Source of the DNA: Squalus acanthias
Lineage: Eukaryota
Reading direction: 5' to 3'
Length of the DNA: 64,000 nt
Assembly: GCA_030390025.1 (NCBI GenBank)
Contig: CM059438.1
Span: 82,398,001 to 82,462,000 of the forward strand
A program made the translations under genes and the position numbers. The notes under the pieces are model-generated. The model was given only the letters and a program-made list of their open reading frames with translations. It did no database searches and was not told the origin of the DNA. This document shows positions 49,388 through 62,500 of the stretch, piece after piece (within the stretch, counting starts at the first letter, position 1; the number at the start of each line of letters is the position of its first letter).

Positions 49388-50545
49388 AGAATCATAAAAT
49401 AGTACAGCACAGAAGGAGGCAATTCGGCCCATCGAGTCTGTGCCGGCTCTTTCGAAGAGCAATCCAGTTAGTCCCACTCCCCCTGCTCTTCCCTCATATC
49501 CCTGCAATTTTTTTCTCCTTCAAGTATTGATCCAATTCTCTTTTGAAGGCTACTATTGGCTCTGTATCCACCACCCTATCAGGCAGCGCATTCTAAATCA
49601 TAACTGCTCATTGCGTAAAAATATTTTCCCTCATGTAACCTCTGGTTCTTTTGCCAATCACCTTAAATCTGTGCATCCTGTTATTGACCCTTCAGCCACT
49701 GAAAACAAGTTTCCCTTTATTTACTCTATCGAAATCCTTCATGATTTTAAACACCTCTATCAAATCTCCTCTTCGCCTTCTCTGCTCCAAGGAGAACAAC
49801 CCCAGCTTCTCTAGTCTATCCACATAACTGTAATCCCTCATCCCTGGAACCATTCTAGTAAATCTCTTCCGTACCCTCTCCAAAGCCTTCATGTCCTTCC
49901 TAAAGTGTGGTGCCCAGAATTGGACACACTACTCCAGCTGGGGCCGAACTAGTGTTTATATAGGTTTAGCACAACTTCCTGGCTTTTGTACTCTATGCCT
50001 CTATTTATAAAGCCCAGGATCCCATATGCTTTATTAACTGCTTTGTTAACCAGTCCTGTCACCTTCAAAGATTTGTGCCCAGGTGTCTCTCTTCTTGCAC
50101 CCGTTTTAAAATTGCACCATTTAGCATGTACTGTCTCTCCTCATTCTTCCTACCAAAATGCATCACCTCACACTTCTCTGCGTTGAATTTCATCTGCCAC
50201 GTGTCCGCCCATTCCACCAATCTCTTAAGTCTATTACTGTCTTCCTCACTGGTTTACTACACTTCCAAGTTTCGTGTCATCTGCAAATTTCAAAATTGTG
50301 CCCTGTACCCCCAAGTCCAAGTCATTAATGTATATCAAAAACAGCAGTGGTTCTAGTACTGAACCTTGGAGAACGCCACTGTATATATCCCTCCATTCAC
50401 CACAACTCTCTGATTTATATCCCTTAGCCAATTTTGTATCCATGCTGCTACTGCCCCTTTTATCCCATGGGCTTCAATTTTGTTAACAAGCCCCCAATAT
50501 GTAGTACTTTATCAAATGCCTTTTGAAAGTCATATAAACAACATC
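49388..50545 (-). mobile_element. CR1 LINE of a different subfamily, decayed
   Basis: SGVLQGSVLEPLLFLIYINDLD...KFADDTKLG and RLEKLGLFSLEQRRRRGDLIEVFKIM. Confidence 0.93.
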
Positions 50546-51374
50546 AAGAGTAATTTAAGTTAATTGACCCCTTCGCCCCAAACTAATTGGGTCAATTCAT
50601 GGTTTTAGTTCACTAGAGTATAAGATTTATCACTGTATTATACTTAGATCAGAATTTGAGAATTAGCATAAAGTTCCAAGTAAGCTAAATGTCTAGGTTG
50701 CCATTTTCTGAATGGCTGTATTGGCATAAAAATTACTAGCAGTCTGAATACAAGCCTCATATTTAAACAAGGCAGTGTTTTAAAGTCAACAACATAATTG
50801 AAGAAAACATTACCCTTTTGAAATAGTCCAATGTTAGGTTGGTATCATTTGATATGATTCTTTGCTAGGTTAATGTATTGGGCAATGGTGGGGCAGGATG
50901 GAAACTGGTGACTGAAATTCCTCACACAGTGACTATCGCATCTCAGCAGGCTGCCTGGAGGTGGAGCTGGTACAAGGTGTCTCTGTAAAAGGATGGTGTG
51001 AAATCTGAGAGAAAGTATCCTGTACCGTGCATCTTAGGGTTTAAGAACAGCATCTGCCAGAGAGGCCTGAAGGGAGGGGCGGGGTAGGTGTTGCAGGTAT
51101 ATTGACACATTAATTGAAATAATTAAAAATGTGTCCTAAACATAAAACTCAGAGGCGGGCACACCTAATTTTGTTGGAGCAAACTGATTTTATTTTCATA
51201 TTTTGTAAGCATGTCCTAATGGGCAGCTCCACTCACACAACAAATTCATTCTTAGCTGTAAATAACCAAAGACAATCTCCAGTGAGATGATGGTTATCCT
51301 CTATATAAAATATCCTTTTTATTTGTGGATCCAAGTTTCAGTTTAGCTCAGTGTAATACTCTTGCCCCTGAAAC

Positions 51375-52068
51375 TTTTATTTGGAGTGCGTAAAGCACAA
51401 ACGCTGCCCGCCTCTGATGTCAACCATTCCTGAGCTTGATTGCTGCTCCATGCTGGTAGGAAGCCAAGGGAGGTTGGAGATGGGGCAGTCGTTTGCAAGG
51501 ACAGAAGGGTTGAGGGTGGGGTTTTTTTTTGAAAAGAGAGGGGGTGATGGTGGTTTTGAAAGGAAGAGGGGCAGTGCCTGGGGAGAGGGAACCATTTACA
51601 ATGTCAGCTAGCTTGGAGGCCAGGAAGGGTAGTTGGGTGGGCAGCAGTTCTGTGGGAATGAGGGTCAAGCGAACAGGAGGTGGGGCTCATGGATGAGATG
51701 AGCTTGGAGAGGACACGATGAGAGATAGGAAAGAAACTTGAGAAAGATATAGGTTCAGGGAAGAGGAAGAGTAGGGGGAAGCAGCATAGGCAGCTGAACA
51801 GATGGCCTCTGTCTTGGGGACAAAGACGTCCATGAGCTTTTTACAATTGCTGTTGTGCCAGAGGGTGGAAGGGCAGTGGAGAGGGGTTTGAGCAGATGGT
51901 TGGCAGTGGAGAAAAGAAGCCGTGTGTTATTGTTGCTCTCCAGGTTAATCCTGGAGTCGTCGGCAGAGGAGAGTGCGGCCCGACAGTGCTTGATGTGGTC
52001 CAGTCGGATCTGATCGATAGCTAAACCTGTTATGCACCAAATATGGTCGGATCAGTGCCTCTCGTCTT
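51375..52068 (-). mobile_element. L2 internal fragment
   Basis: IPTELL...LADIVNGSLSPG..PLPFKTTI and KKNPTLNPSVLANDCPISNLP (the NYRPISNLP motif). Confidence 0.8.
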
Positions 52069-55000
52069 GTGGGAATGAATTCTCAATAACGTGGTAGCAC
52101 TGAATGTTGTAGTTGCAATGTATTGCTCCACAAACTTGTGGGATACAAGTCAACACCATCACCCCCACTCTTGGAGTTCCCAATTGGATTAAAACTACTG
52201 AGCAGTGGCAAGAAGCAGAGATCAGTATTTTCCCGCACAAGGGAGGAGAGAAAATAAATGTCACCTCAGGCATTTTCTTCTGCCTGTTTGTGGCCTGTTT
52301 CAGTGAGATATTGATGGGAGGTCAGTAATCAGATCACCACTCAACATCTTGGTCAGCGCTGGTGCCGTGCAAGGGCATCCAAGAAAGGAAAGCAAAAACA
52401 GATTAAAAAGAGCAAGTTTCACCCTCAGCAAGGCAATTGAATTCTTATAATAGGATCAGCAAGGACACTTTTTAGGAAGCTTGGTTTATTACAGTGCTGC
52501 ACAAAGAGCAGCAAGACAAGATTGTGTACTTGCAATTCCCTACACAGTGATTAACTGATCTCAGTAGGACTGTCTTGGGTGATGCGGAGCTTAGGCAAAG
52601 TGCGTCCCATGGAAGGAAACAAAGAGAAAAAGGGTGTCAACCTGTGCAGCACTAATAAAAATCAGTTAAGCAGCAGCAGTGTCACAGGCCTGAGAATGAA
52701 AAATAGCTTTAAAAAAAAAAGCGCAGAATTGCACATTTTTGAAAAAGACAACAAACGTACAAATATATTGGTTACAATGTTAGTGCAACAAAATGTAATA
52801 CAATGTGGACCCATACACAGTGAATTATTCATCTCAGGTATGTTAAGAGATATTGAATGTAGGCCAGGTAGTGAATAGTGCGAAGTAGCAAGAACTACTC
52901 AACCATGGTCTGCAGTGTGAAGAGGCCACCAAATGGAAACAGGAGTAAGAAAGCACCAAGGAACGACTGTCTATGGCCATCACTCTACATTTCCTCTCTT
53001 TGTAACTAAAATTTTTATTTGTCAAAAGTCAGAGAGAGATCCATCTCTGAGCAACTTCAATCTTGGAAAAGGTTTCTAACAACCTCTAAATTCCACATGG
53101 ATGGGTCCCATTCTGACTAAAGTTTCTTCCCCTCATTTCCCCTCCCCTGAGCTAGTCAGCAAACTTAATTACTCTCTGGTGCTGTCAGCCCATAGATGCA
53201 CCATTTCAGAGCTTGGTGCTGTGCTTCTTGGAGCCAGCTTTGTAACATTAGTCACTCAGTCAAAGGATACCCTTAAAAAAACTCAACTTCTTGACCAACA
53301 AGGGAAGCAACAGCAGAATGTCTGAAGCTGGGAAGAATTTATGCCCATGGAAGATGCCCTTGATCCAGGAAATTAGTTACATAGGTGACACCTCAATATT
53401 AAAATTGTCTTGGGGTTGAAGCACTGAACCATACAGACTAAGAAGGTCCCATGTTTGATTTCGTCAGCGCTGAGTTAGCTGATCTTGCCTGGGTAGCAGT
53501 GAGAGCATTATAATTGGCCTCAACACCCCAAGCTTACAAAGGGGAAAAATTGGTCAGGGTTCCCATTTCTGATTGGTATTACAGTGACCTATCCTGGAAT
53601 GCATGCACATGAACATTGGATGAGAACAGGCTCTTGGCTGCGATACTCCCTCTGGTCGAATCGTTAGCCATCACTTGCTATATAGAATTAACCATGAAGA
53701 ACAGTCACTTGGATGAGGATGCTCCATGGGTGCGGAATCATACCCCAGCCACTCGTTCATGTCTTCAGGAGTGAGGATGCGAGAAAATCAGCGGAAAAAG
53801 GAGAAAAAAAAATATCTGAGGTACCTCCTGCAATTCTTACTCCAGTTAATGAGAAGGATGTATGTCAAATAAAGACATTCTACATCCTTAGTTTAAAAAA
53901 AATATTGGAAGAACTGAATGATTCCCCACTGCTGAAAACACTCACCAGAGGATTGAGGACAGCAACTGTGACTTGGGGTCCATTATCAAAGAGCGTTGAA
54001 AGCACAATAGGAATTGACCCAGGTCTCAAACTCTTTTTGGACTCTGTACAAACTAAACAACTGTCCAAAATCATACTGGCAGATACAGAAACTTGTTCAT
54101 AAATCTTATCCATCCTGACCGGAAAAGCTTGAATCTGCACAAAGCAGTAATTTATAAAGCTGGATGCTTTAGGTTAGAAGTTCCCAGTCCAGCCCATAAA
54201 TGTTTCTCTGAGTTAATTCTCTTGCATATTTCCTTTTTTTCTACCCCAGTTGAGGTACCTTTTTATGGTTGGGATTTTGATCAATAAATTTGGTCTAAAA
54301 TAGCACTAAAAGTTTTGATATTCTGTATGGTTTTGGTTTCAAAGCCAAACATCTATGCTTCATTATGTCCCTAATTAAACCTCAGTTAGCTTCAACATAC
54401 CTGAATACAAGCGACATCGCAATAGATTTATACCTACTTTAGGTCAATGAAACTGCATCACATTATATTATTTACATAAATCTTTGAGTGCCACTTGATT
54501 ACAACAATTAAGCCTATAAATACTTTTTAGTGTAACTGCCCACACTAATATTAATTTTGACCTTTCAGGTAATCCTTTAATCCCTGTATAGCCTATGCAT
54601 CTCATTTTCATTGAAGGTTATATTTAGCTGTAGTTGAGGCAGCTGAATTAAAAACAAACATTAATATGTTCTTTCTTCACAGCACATATTTAAAATTCAT
54701 TACAAGTTTGCTACTGACCTCTTACTGCTACAGCTCACTTTATATTAATGTTACCCACCAAAATGGGTATGTGCCACTACACTTCATCAAGTTAATCTTC
54801 ATTGAAGAGTTAAAAGCAGAGCTCCCAGCAGCCATGAAAATGCTATGATTAGATGTGGAATGCTTCAATTCCACAATATATATATATTATATAAAGTGAG
54901 AAGAACATGTTATGACTTCAGTAAAATGGCAGAAATTTATTTCCAAGGAATCTTGAAATTAGTGCAGCATTGGGGGAAAGGAAAATCAATGTCAAGAGCT

Positions 55001-56574
55001 TACACCATAACATTATAAAGAGAAACGCTTAATCAAACTGACATGTCAACAGCTCTATTTTTCCCCTAAAACAGGCTCTTCAAAATGGTTTGAGCTTACT
55101 GAAGAATTAGGTGTACAAAACATGTTCATTATCTCTCATTCGCTCTCTTTCCACAGACTTGTAGATTGTTGCCATTAAAATAAATACCCATTCAACTTAA
55201 ATGCAATTTGAACAATAATATTACATCTGTTTCAACGCTAATGTTTTTACAACAGAAGATTTTAATTTTGATAAGTTAAAGCATTTTGGTGAAGCACTAT
55301 ATCATTTACATTTTAATTGCAATTGGGATGCCTTACAGAATCTGTAAATTCCTGCAAGTATCAAATAATATAAGCTGTGCATGCACCCAAAAATAAATAG
55401 TATAGAAAATGAAAGGCGAATAAAAATAAAAATCATAACAATTAAACAGTGATGGTGGTCAACAGTAATGTTCTTGTTCCAGTAACGACATGATATTTCT
55501 GTTTAAGTGAATACACTGAGTTGTTTTTCTTAAAGTGTAAAACATATTCAATCAATTCCCACGAGATCAGTATCACTTGTATGAAAAATACAAAAATCAC
55601 TGGTCACCAGGTTAAATAAAGGTGCTTTTATATTCAACTGCTGCCGCCAGCTTCCAAAGCACAGGTTTCGTGCAGCTTACTGGATCTGCTGAAGTCAGCG
55701 ACCAGGAACAATTTTTTTTAAACCGGATCTTCCTAATTGCCCAACGACTTTGGGCATCCAGTAAAAGTGCTGATCGGATGCGCATCCTCGCTGCAACATC
55801 ATCACACTTAACTTAAAAAAAATAATTCTCAATTGTTACCACTCTGGCTCAGTTTACTGAGCTAATTTAGCTTAATTTTATGTGGCGTCGAACTAGGCAG
55901 AATAAAGTGAGTGGCGAGCCTGCACAGAGCTGTTGCTATGGATTTTAATCTTGCTGCAGATGGTTTAATAAAAGGAATGCTATCATTTTTTTAAAATGTT
56001 TTGAGGATTTATCGAGCGCTCTGATGCTGTGGTGCCAGTTCTTTGCGCACGTGCCCATGATAGTTGAGGATGCACAAAATTCCTGTTCCCAGCTGGTCTA
56101 GAGAGACTGACAGCACTGGTTAGCTGTAAATGTAGGAGGCTGGTGTACTTTGTAAAAGCAGCGCAACACAACTGCCAGTATCTGTGTGGGACTCCACAAC
56201 AAAGGTAAACATGCTCAACTTTCTAACACAAGGTGACCATCCATAGAATAACAGGACAGTTCATCTGATTTGAGACAATGCATCACTTGTGCAAAGACCA
56301 CTTATGAAAGAACTGCTATAACTCACTTTCACTGGCGAGATGTCTGCTATTTCCATAAGATGCAAACTGAAACACTTGAGATAAAGTGGAATTACTTTCC
56401 CTGTCGAAATGCAGTGATGATGCCGCACACGTCTAGCAAGTTACAAATCATCTTTGAACTCGTTACAGTCAACCAACATTATAACCCAAGTGTACAGAAT
56501 TTATTGGCATGCTGTCATTAGTAACCATCTTTTCTTTGGTGACCAGTTTGTGAAATACCTGCTCTGCTACTAAC

Positions 56575-56672
56575 CTTCAGCACAATTTCATTGACTGTGT
56601 TGGTGTCTGCTTCAAAGTAGAGATGTTTGTGGTCATGATTGCTTAGATATGTGAGCTTGAATATTGCATGGC
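56575..56672 (-). CDS. MAPKAP1: MAPKAP1/SIN1 penultimate coding exon (PH domain), 98 nt, phase 1 to 0
   Basis: ttgcag|GC CAT GCA...CTG AAG|gttagt translates to [32 protein letters not shown], versus human [32 protein letters not shown] (recalled). It joins 42641 in frame. Confidence 0.97.
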
Positions 56673-57564
56673 CTGCAAGGCAAACAAAGGACAGGAGTCA
56701 AACAGATGAACAGAGTTTTACTACGGATGCAGCTTGACAAAGAAACAGATGGCGATATTAATGTCCCATCAGCAGAACAGAAGGAAATTGCATGATGGCG
56801 ACAGCCTCCGCATGTCATTTCAACATCATTCAGGCAAAACTCACCACAAAGGCAACAGAACCCTTTTTAATATAATTTGATTCCCCATCCTATCACAATG
56901 GACAAAGTGCAAAATCAATCATTTGGTTAGTTAGGTCCTCTGTCAATTCTTTTCTGTTCTTTGAGGTTGGGGGGTTGGAGAAGAAGAGAGAAGAAACCAG
57001 ACTGTGCTTGGTACAGCCATTACAGGAGAAAAAAAGTATTTAATATTTGTGGTAGATTTATACAGGCATTTACTGCTTCAGACTGATGTAACATGTTAAT
57101 AATCTGCTGCATGACCTTTCTTAATGCTACGGTTCTGGAGAGGTTATGTTAACATGTATTACAAAAGAAAAGCTTTTTAAATTTTGTCTTTTGATGTTAG
57201 TCAATTTTTAAAATATATATAATTAATTCAATACCCACTGCTATTCAGATGATGAAATAATTTAGTGCAGTGAAAACATTAAAACACAGTGCATAATGGA
57301 TTTTTAAATTCATCTTACAGAAAAATTACCAGAACATAAAAATTAAGCATCATAAGGACAACACTGCATCATTGCTGTTCTTTCATTGTTTAAGACCATT
57401 AACTTCATTATGAGTTTACTCTTTTGGAACAGTAATATCAGCAGCATTGCAGCATCAGATATAAAATTACTGTAGAGAAATAACTAGAGAAATGGATTAC
57501 AGAAGCAACCCATGTCATGCATCATATCATCTTATGCCACAACACAATGGCAGCACAGCGTGTT

Positions 57565-57646
57565 AGATGCTGCCTGACCTGCTGAGTATTTCCAGCATTT
57601 TCTATTTGTATTTCAGATTTCCAACATCCACAGTATTTTGATTTTG
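57565..57646 (+). mobile_element. Penelope-like terminal-repeat fragment lacking the ribozyme part
   Basis: AGATGCTGCCTGACCTGCTGAGTATTTCCAGCATTTTCT is the reverse-complement homologue of 11477-11525. Confidence 0.75.
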
Positions 57647-58759
57647 TGTTAGAACTGGGGTTCTCTTTTGTCTTTTTAATTCGCACAGTTGTGTACCATG
57701 GAGCCTCGGGGGCTACATATCTGTGCTCCCATTAATCTGCATAGATCACTGGTTGCCAATATTAACAGATCTTGGTATTCTTATTTAGGATTTGTCCATC
57801 GCTCTGGAAATAGCACGAAGCACAGCCCTCGTCAAACCTCCAGCTGCACAAAATTCAAACAGAATAAACCAGCGAATAAGAAATGTAAGTGTATAGAGGA
57901 CGGAGTTGCTTCGGATAGATTAGCAGGCCTCATGGGCTGTATGTGGCCCACAGGGAGTAATTCAGAAACTCCTACTCTACCAGTTCGCATTTTAGGATTT
58001 TTTTGGTATGATAAAGAGCAGCATTGTGGCACAGTACATTGGTCGATCAGCATACCAGGCCACTGAATGGGCAGGACATCGATTAGCATTTTTAATTGCC
58101 CACGTGGCAAGTTCCTGAGCTTGCCTGTCAGGGGAACTGCTGAGCAGAAGAGGAGAGAGAATAAAAACCAATCCAGAGTGCAGCCACATATCTCCAAACA
58201 CGGCACTGGGGGAGGGAAAGGAAGGAAGGAAGGCAAGAGGGAAAAATTATACTGAAATAAAATGATCCCAAATGTATACTGGGCTTGTGACCAAGATCAT
58301 TAGTAACATTTTAGGAATTTTCCGCCAATTGCATCACTTTCTACAATATTAACAGACCTGCACCACTGAAATTCGAGGTATAAAAACCACAAAACCTGAA
58401 CACTCGCAACACGTGATTAGTGTCAACTTGTCTATAGGTGTAGAAAAAGCAAAAAGTAGAACATTTGCGGGTTTATTAAGGAAATATTGTCTTCATTTAC
58501 TCAAATACTTTTGGGTTCAGTTCCTCAATATCTGACCAGATACAACAGATTTGGATTTAATTGTTTAATTATCATGATACACATTGCTCTTCATTACACA
58601 CAGTAAGTGAAACATGTATCATTTGAAAATTCCAAATAATAAACTAAATTGCTTTCTTGAACTCTCCAACTTACTTTTAAGTATGCTGATTTAATAGAAT
58701 TATATAAATTCAATTAATGTAGGCACAATATTTATTGACTGCTAATTCTCAACTACAAT

Positions 58760-59524
58760 TGCCCGGATTTTGCGTGGATAATAATGGTGAGGCTAACAGC
58801 GCTCACCGTTATAACGGGATAAATCGGACAGCAACTTCTGGCGTCCACACAGACGCAGTTAAAGGCGGAAATCCGAAAGCTGCTGTCAGAGATACTGTGC
58901 TCCTCCACAGGGTGCGCTGTTACAGTCCTTGCCGATAGACTCGGCACTGAAATGAATGCAATGGCGTGAACTTGGGGTATTTGTCCACTAGTTCCTCACT
59001 AATGATGGCAGAAAAAGTTAACAGCTGGTGGATTCAAGAGTCAGCGAGTTTTTAAAACAGTGTGCTAAGTGATAATTACTGCCAAAAAACCCTGCTGGCC
59101 CTGAAAATTTAATTTTACAAGTGTGGAGTCTCATTCCCTCAGAAGTTAATTAGTGTTGGAGATTTAAAAGAAATACTTTTTTAAAAAAAAACTTTTTCTG
59201 TCTGTCTCTTTTATCTCTCTTTTAATCCCATCTGTCTTTTCCAATTGTTATTCCACTTTCTGTACATGATTTAAATCTAATTTATACTTCCTGGTTTAGA
59301 CTGCGTTTCTCAGTGAGGATTCTTCAATCTGATTGGTTGAAGAGCCTTGCTGTTTCTTTCCCTGCTCACAGACGCCACAGATCCCCCGTAGAGAGCACTG
59401 CACTGGATTAGATGCTGGATTAGAGCAAGTCTCCGATCTAAAACCCACAAAAATTTTGTGGGCAGCTGTCAGCAAGGTGAACGGCGAGCTCCATTCCTTC
59501 GCCGCTGACTGCAAAATCTGGGGC
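58760..59524. mobile_element. Older Harbinger-type MITE
   Basis: Imperfect TIRs GCCCGGATTTTGC / GCAAAATCTGGGGC and subterminal similarity (GCTCACCGTT / AACGGCGAGC). No clear TSD. Confidence 0.55.
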
Positions 59525-62500
59525 ACCATGGTGACATTTGCCTATTTCCAAGGAGATGCAAATGTAATCATAAGTAAACATGGTCTTAAAACAAATAAGG
59601 CCAAACACTGAAAGGACAATTTTATATTATGGACACATTAAACCATGGAAAGAAATTTATCTTTATAAGATTTGCTGCTCATGTTCTGCAACAAACACAG
59701 TTATTTAAGTTTTCTGAGGTTTTGCAGTAGAATATAAAAGCTACATTTTTTTGTTGTACAAATGCACATTGAACAATGAGCATTAAATACCTCTGGATGC
59801 ATCAAATATAAGGGCTGCTTTTTTGAGTCTCAAATCACCTGGTACCTTAACGCTTTTGTCAATTTTCTTGTGTCACCATATCTGTACAACAATGCAAATG
59901 TCAATGCGCAAGGAGGTTTTAAACAGTTCAACTTTGCACATCCTTTTAAAAGCTAAAAACAATCCACCTTTTCTGTACAGAAGAGATTAATGATGCCTTC
60001 CAAGCTGTCATAAAAGCAAAACATTTTTCAAACATTAGTGGTATGCCTTTTAAGATCAAATTTCAGTTTACAAGAATTTGGAATTAAAATTGAAATGGTC
60101 CCTTCATAGTGATCACAATAAGACACGCATCACAACATTTTCTGCCTCTAGGTGTGGCTAAAGTCTATTCTTAAAAAACAAAATCAAGACATCTAGTGGC
60201 AGTAAAAGGTACTGTACTAACCTCAGATTATGCCCCAGGAGAAAAGCGCCAAAGCTATCAAACTATAGTGAAATAAATTGGACAGAAAATATAATGGAAT
60301 AACCTTGACTTAAACAGTGCTTTAAAATGATCCTTAAAATGGTCATATCCCCATGGAAAAATGTTTGGCAAACTTTCTGGGAGAAAAGAAAGAAAGACAT
60401 ACAAAGTCATTTCCATTACATGTCACCTCAAAATGAAGTGATGGCGTGTCTGATGCGATTTACATTATCCGGTTCTGAAATAAACAAAGACTTTTCTCAA
60501 ATATTTGTTCATGAAGATGATTCAACACAATTCAATTTATAAAATAAACCGTATACTGAATCCCTCTGTATGCACCGAATGGGGATAACTTTTCATAAGA
60601 AAAAAAAATAAATCTCGGGCAGGATTTACTGCTTAAGTAGTTTTACTGCACTTCCCTTTCTGTTCAAAAATCCTAAAAGATAATGATTTCATTTTATTTC
60701 AGAAGTGTGGGTTTTGAGTTTCTGGTTATACGTCGAAAAAGGTGAGCAAAAATAATTTTCCCAAAAAAGATGAACACAAAACAAAATTCAGCACCGACAG
60801 CATAACTATTCCTGCAATTGACCATACAAAGTTTGACCTTTACTCTGATAAAACACACTACAATCCATTTCTGGGAGAGGGGGTATTTTAGGCCAAAGGT
60901 ATTCCTGTAGCACTTCCCTCCTAACCCAAGTATTGATATCCCAAATAATTGTCTCCATGTGAAGTTGTATTAAAAATTGTAGGTTTTTTTAGCGGTTACT
61001 TCTAGGAATAAACCGTTTGTGAAGGTCAGATTATTACTCAGAATTCCTACCCTATAATTTCTTGTAAGGCTAGTCATTTGAAATCAAGCTACACTGTAGT
61101 AACCATTCAAATGAAATGGTCAGCAGGATTTATCCCTGTCAAAAGAATAGAATGCAATCTACTAACCAGGACATTCATCATTTTACAAAGGATGTACTGA
61201 AAATCTTTGTCTAATAACTCAAACATCCAAGAAACCTCTTACAAAGACTTGGATCGGGCCACAAAGTAGCAAAGAACTAACAATGCAATGTGGAACCTAC
61301 ATACTCTTCCACATCTAAATAAGGCATGTTAAAATAATAGAAAGACCATTAGCGAGCCAAGTGAAATTTAGGCATCACATATGAGCTTATGATGAGGGGA
61401 GTGTCACTCGCAAGTTATGTAGTGGTGACCAGCCATGATAGTATAAAGTTATTTCCCCTCCAAGTTGACATGAACACCTTAAAAATAGTAGCATTTCAGG
61501 TCAGAAACCTTACGCAATGGGCTTTGGGGATGGGGGAAGTGGCGGGGGAGGAAGAGACACACAGTTTATGGAAATCTAGTTTTGTGGGAAGGAAAGTGAT
61601 AAATGACCCCCCCCCCCCCGCCCCCAAAAAGTACTTTAACCAGCAGGCACCTACAATAGGACAAGACCTGAAGCACAGCACACAGATCCCCAAACCAAAC
61701 CCAACTACACAGGGGAAACATACAATTATAGGTGAAAACAACAAAGTTGTGGCAGGCTTACATGGAATTATGATAGTGCCTATCCTCAAGAACTTGCTTT
61801 GACCGTTTTACCAACCAGGAGAACCACTGTTTTCACTGCAAGAGTGGTGTAACAAGTCCCCTAGCATTACCCTCCAAGATCAACATTGGGATTTGGTGAA
61901 GAAAGGAAGGAGTCCTTGTGTATGTTTAGGAACAGCACTGAAAACAATCTCTTGGATCCCAGCATCTTTTGCCCACCGCAGATTGCATGGATGCTTGGAT
62001 TGCAGATTTCTCTGCCTTTTGGGGCATCAGCAATTCTGTCTCAGGAATCATTGAAGTGGACTAGTTATGGGTTCTATACTCCCAAAAGAAACATGCAAAA
62101 GATTGCCCTTTTTGAAATCAGTTTATTACAGTACTAAATCAGTTGAAGGATATTTGGCCTTATTGATCAGTTGAGCTGCTAGATCTTGAATTCTCTTGCA
62201 AGTAATACAGGAACAATCAAGTTTTAGACAATTTTTATCCAGAGTCACTGCCAGTTTCAAGGCTGCCATTGGTAGATAAGTCAACGACAACCTCCAGATC
62301 TTCAATAGGAAATGCAGACTCGGAGTAGTTAAATTGTCCATGGTAAACCTCAAATACTCTGAATTTCAGTCCTCAATATGAGGGGGGCATGGGGTAGGGT
62401 TCACGTGGTTAATATGAAACAGACTTTCATAGTGGATCTGGTCTACCTCTATTATTACTGTTCCACCGAGTGCCATCCTTAAAACCACAATGATCCCTCG

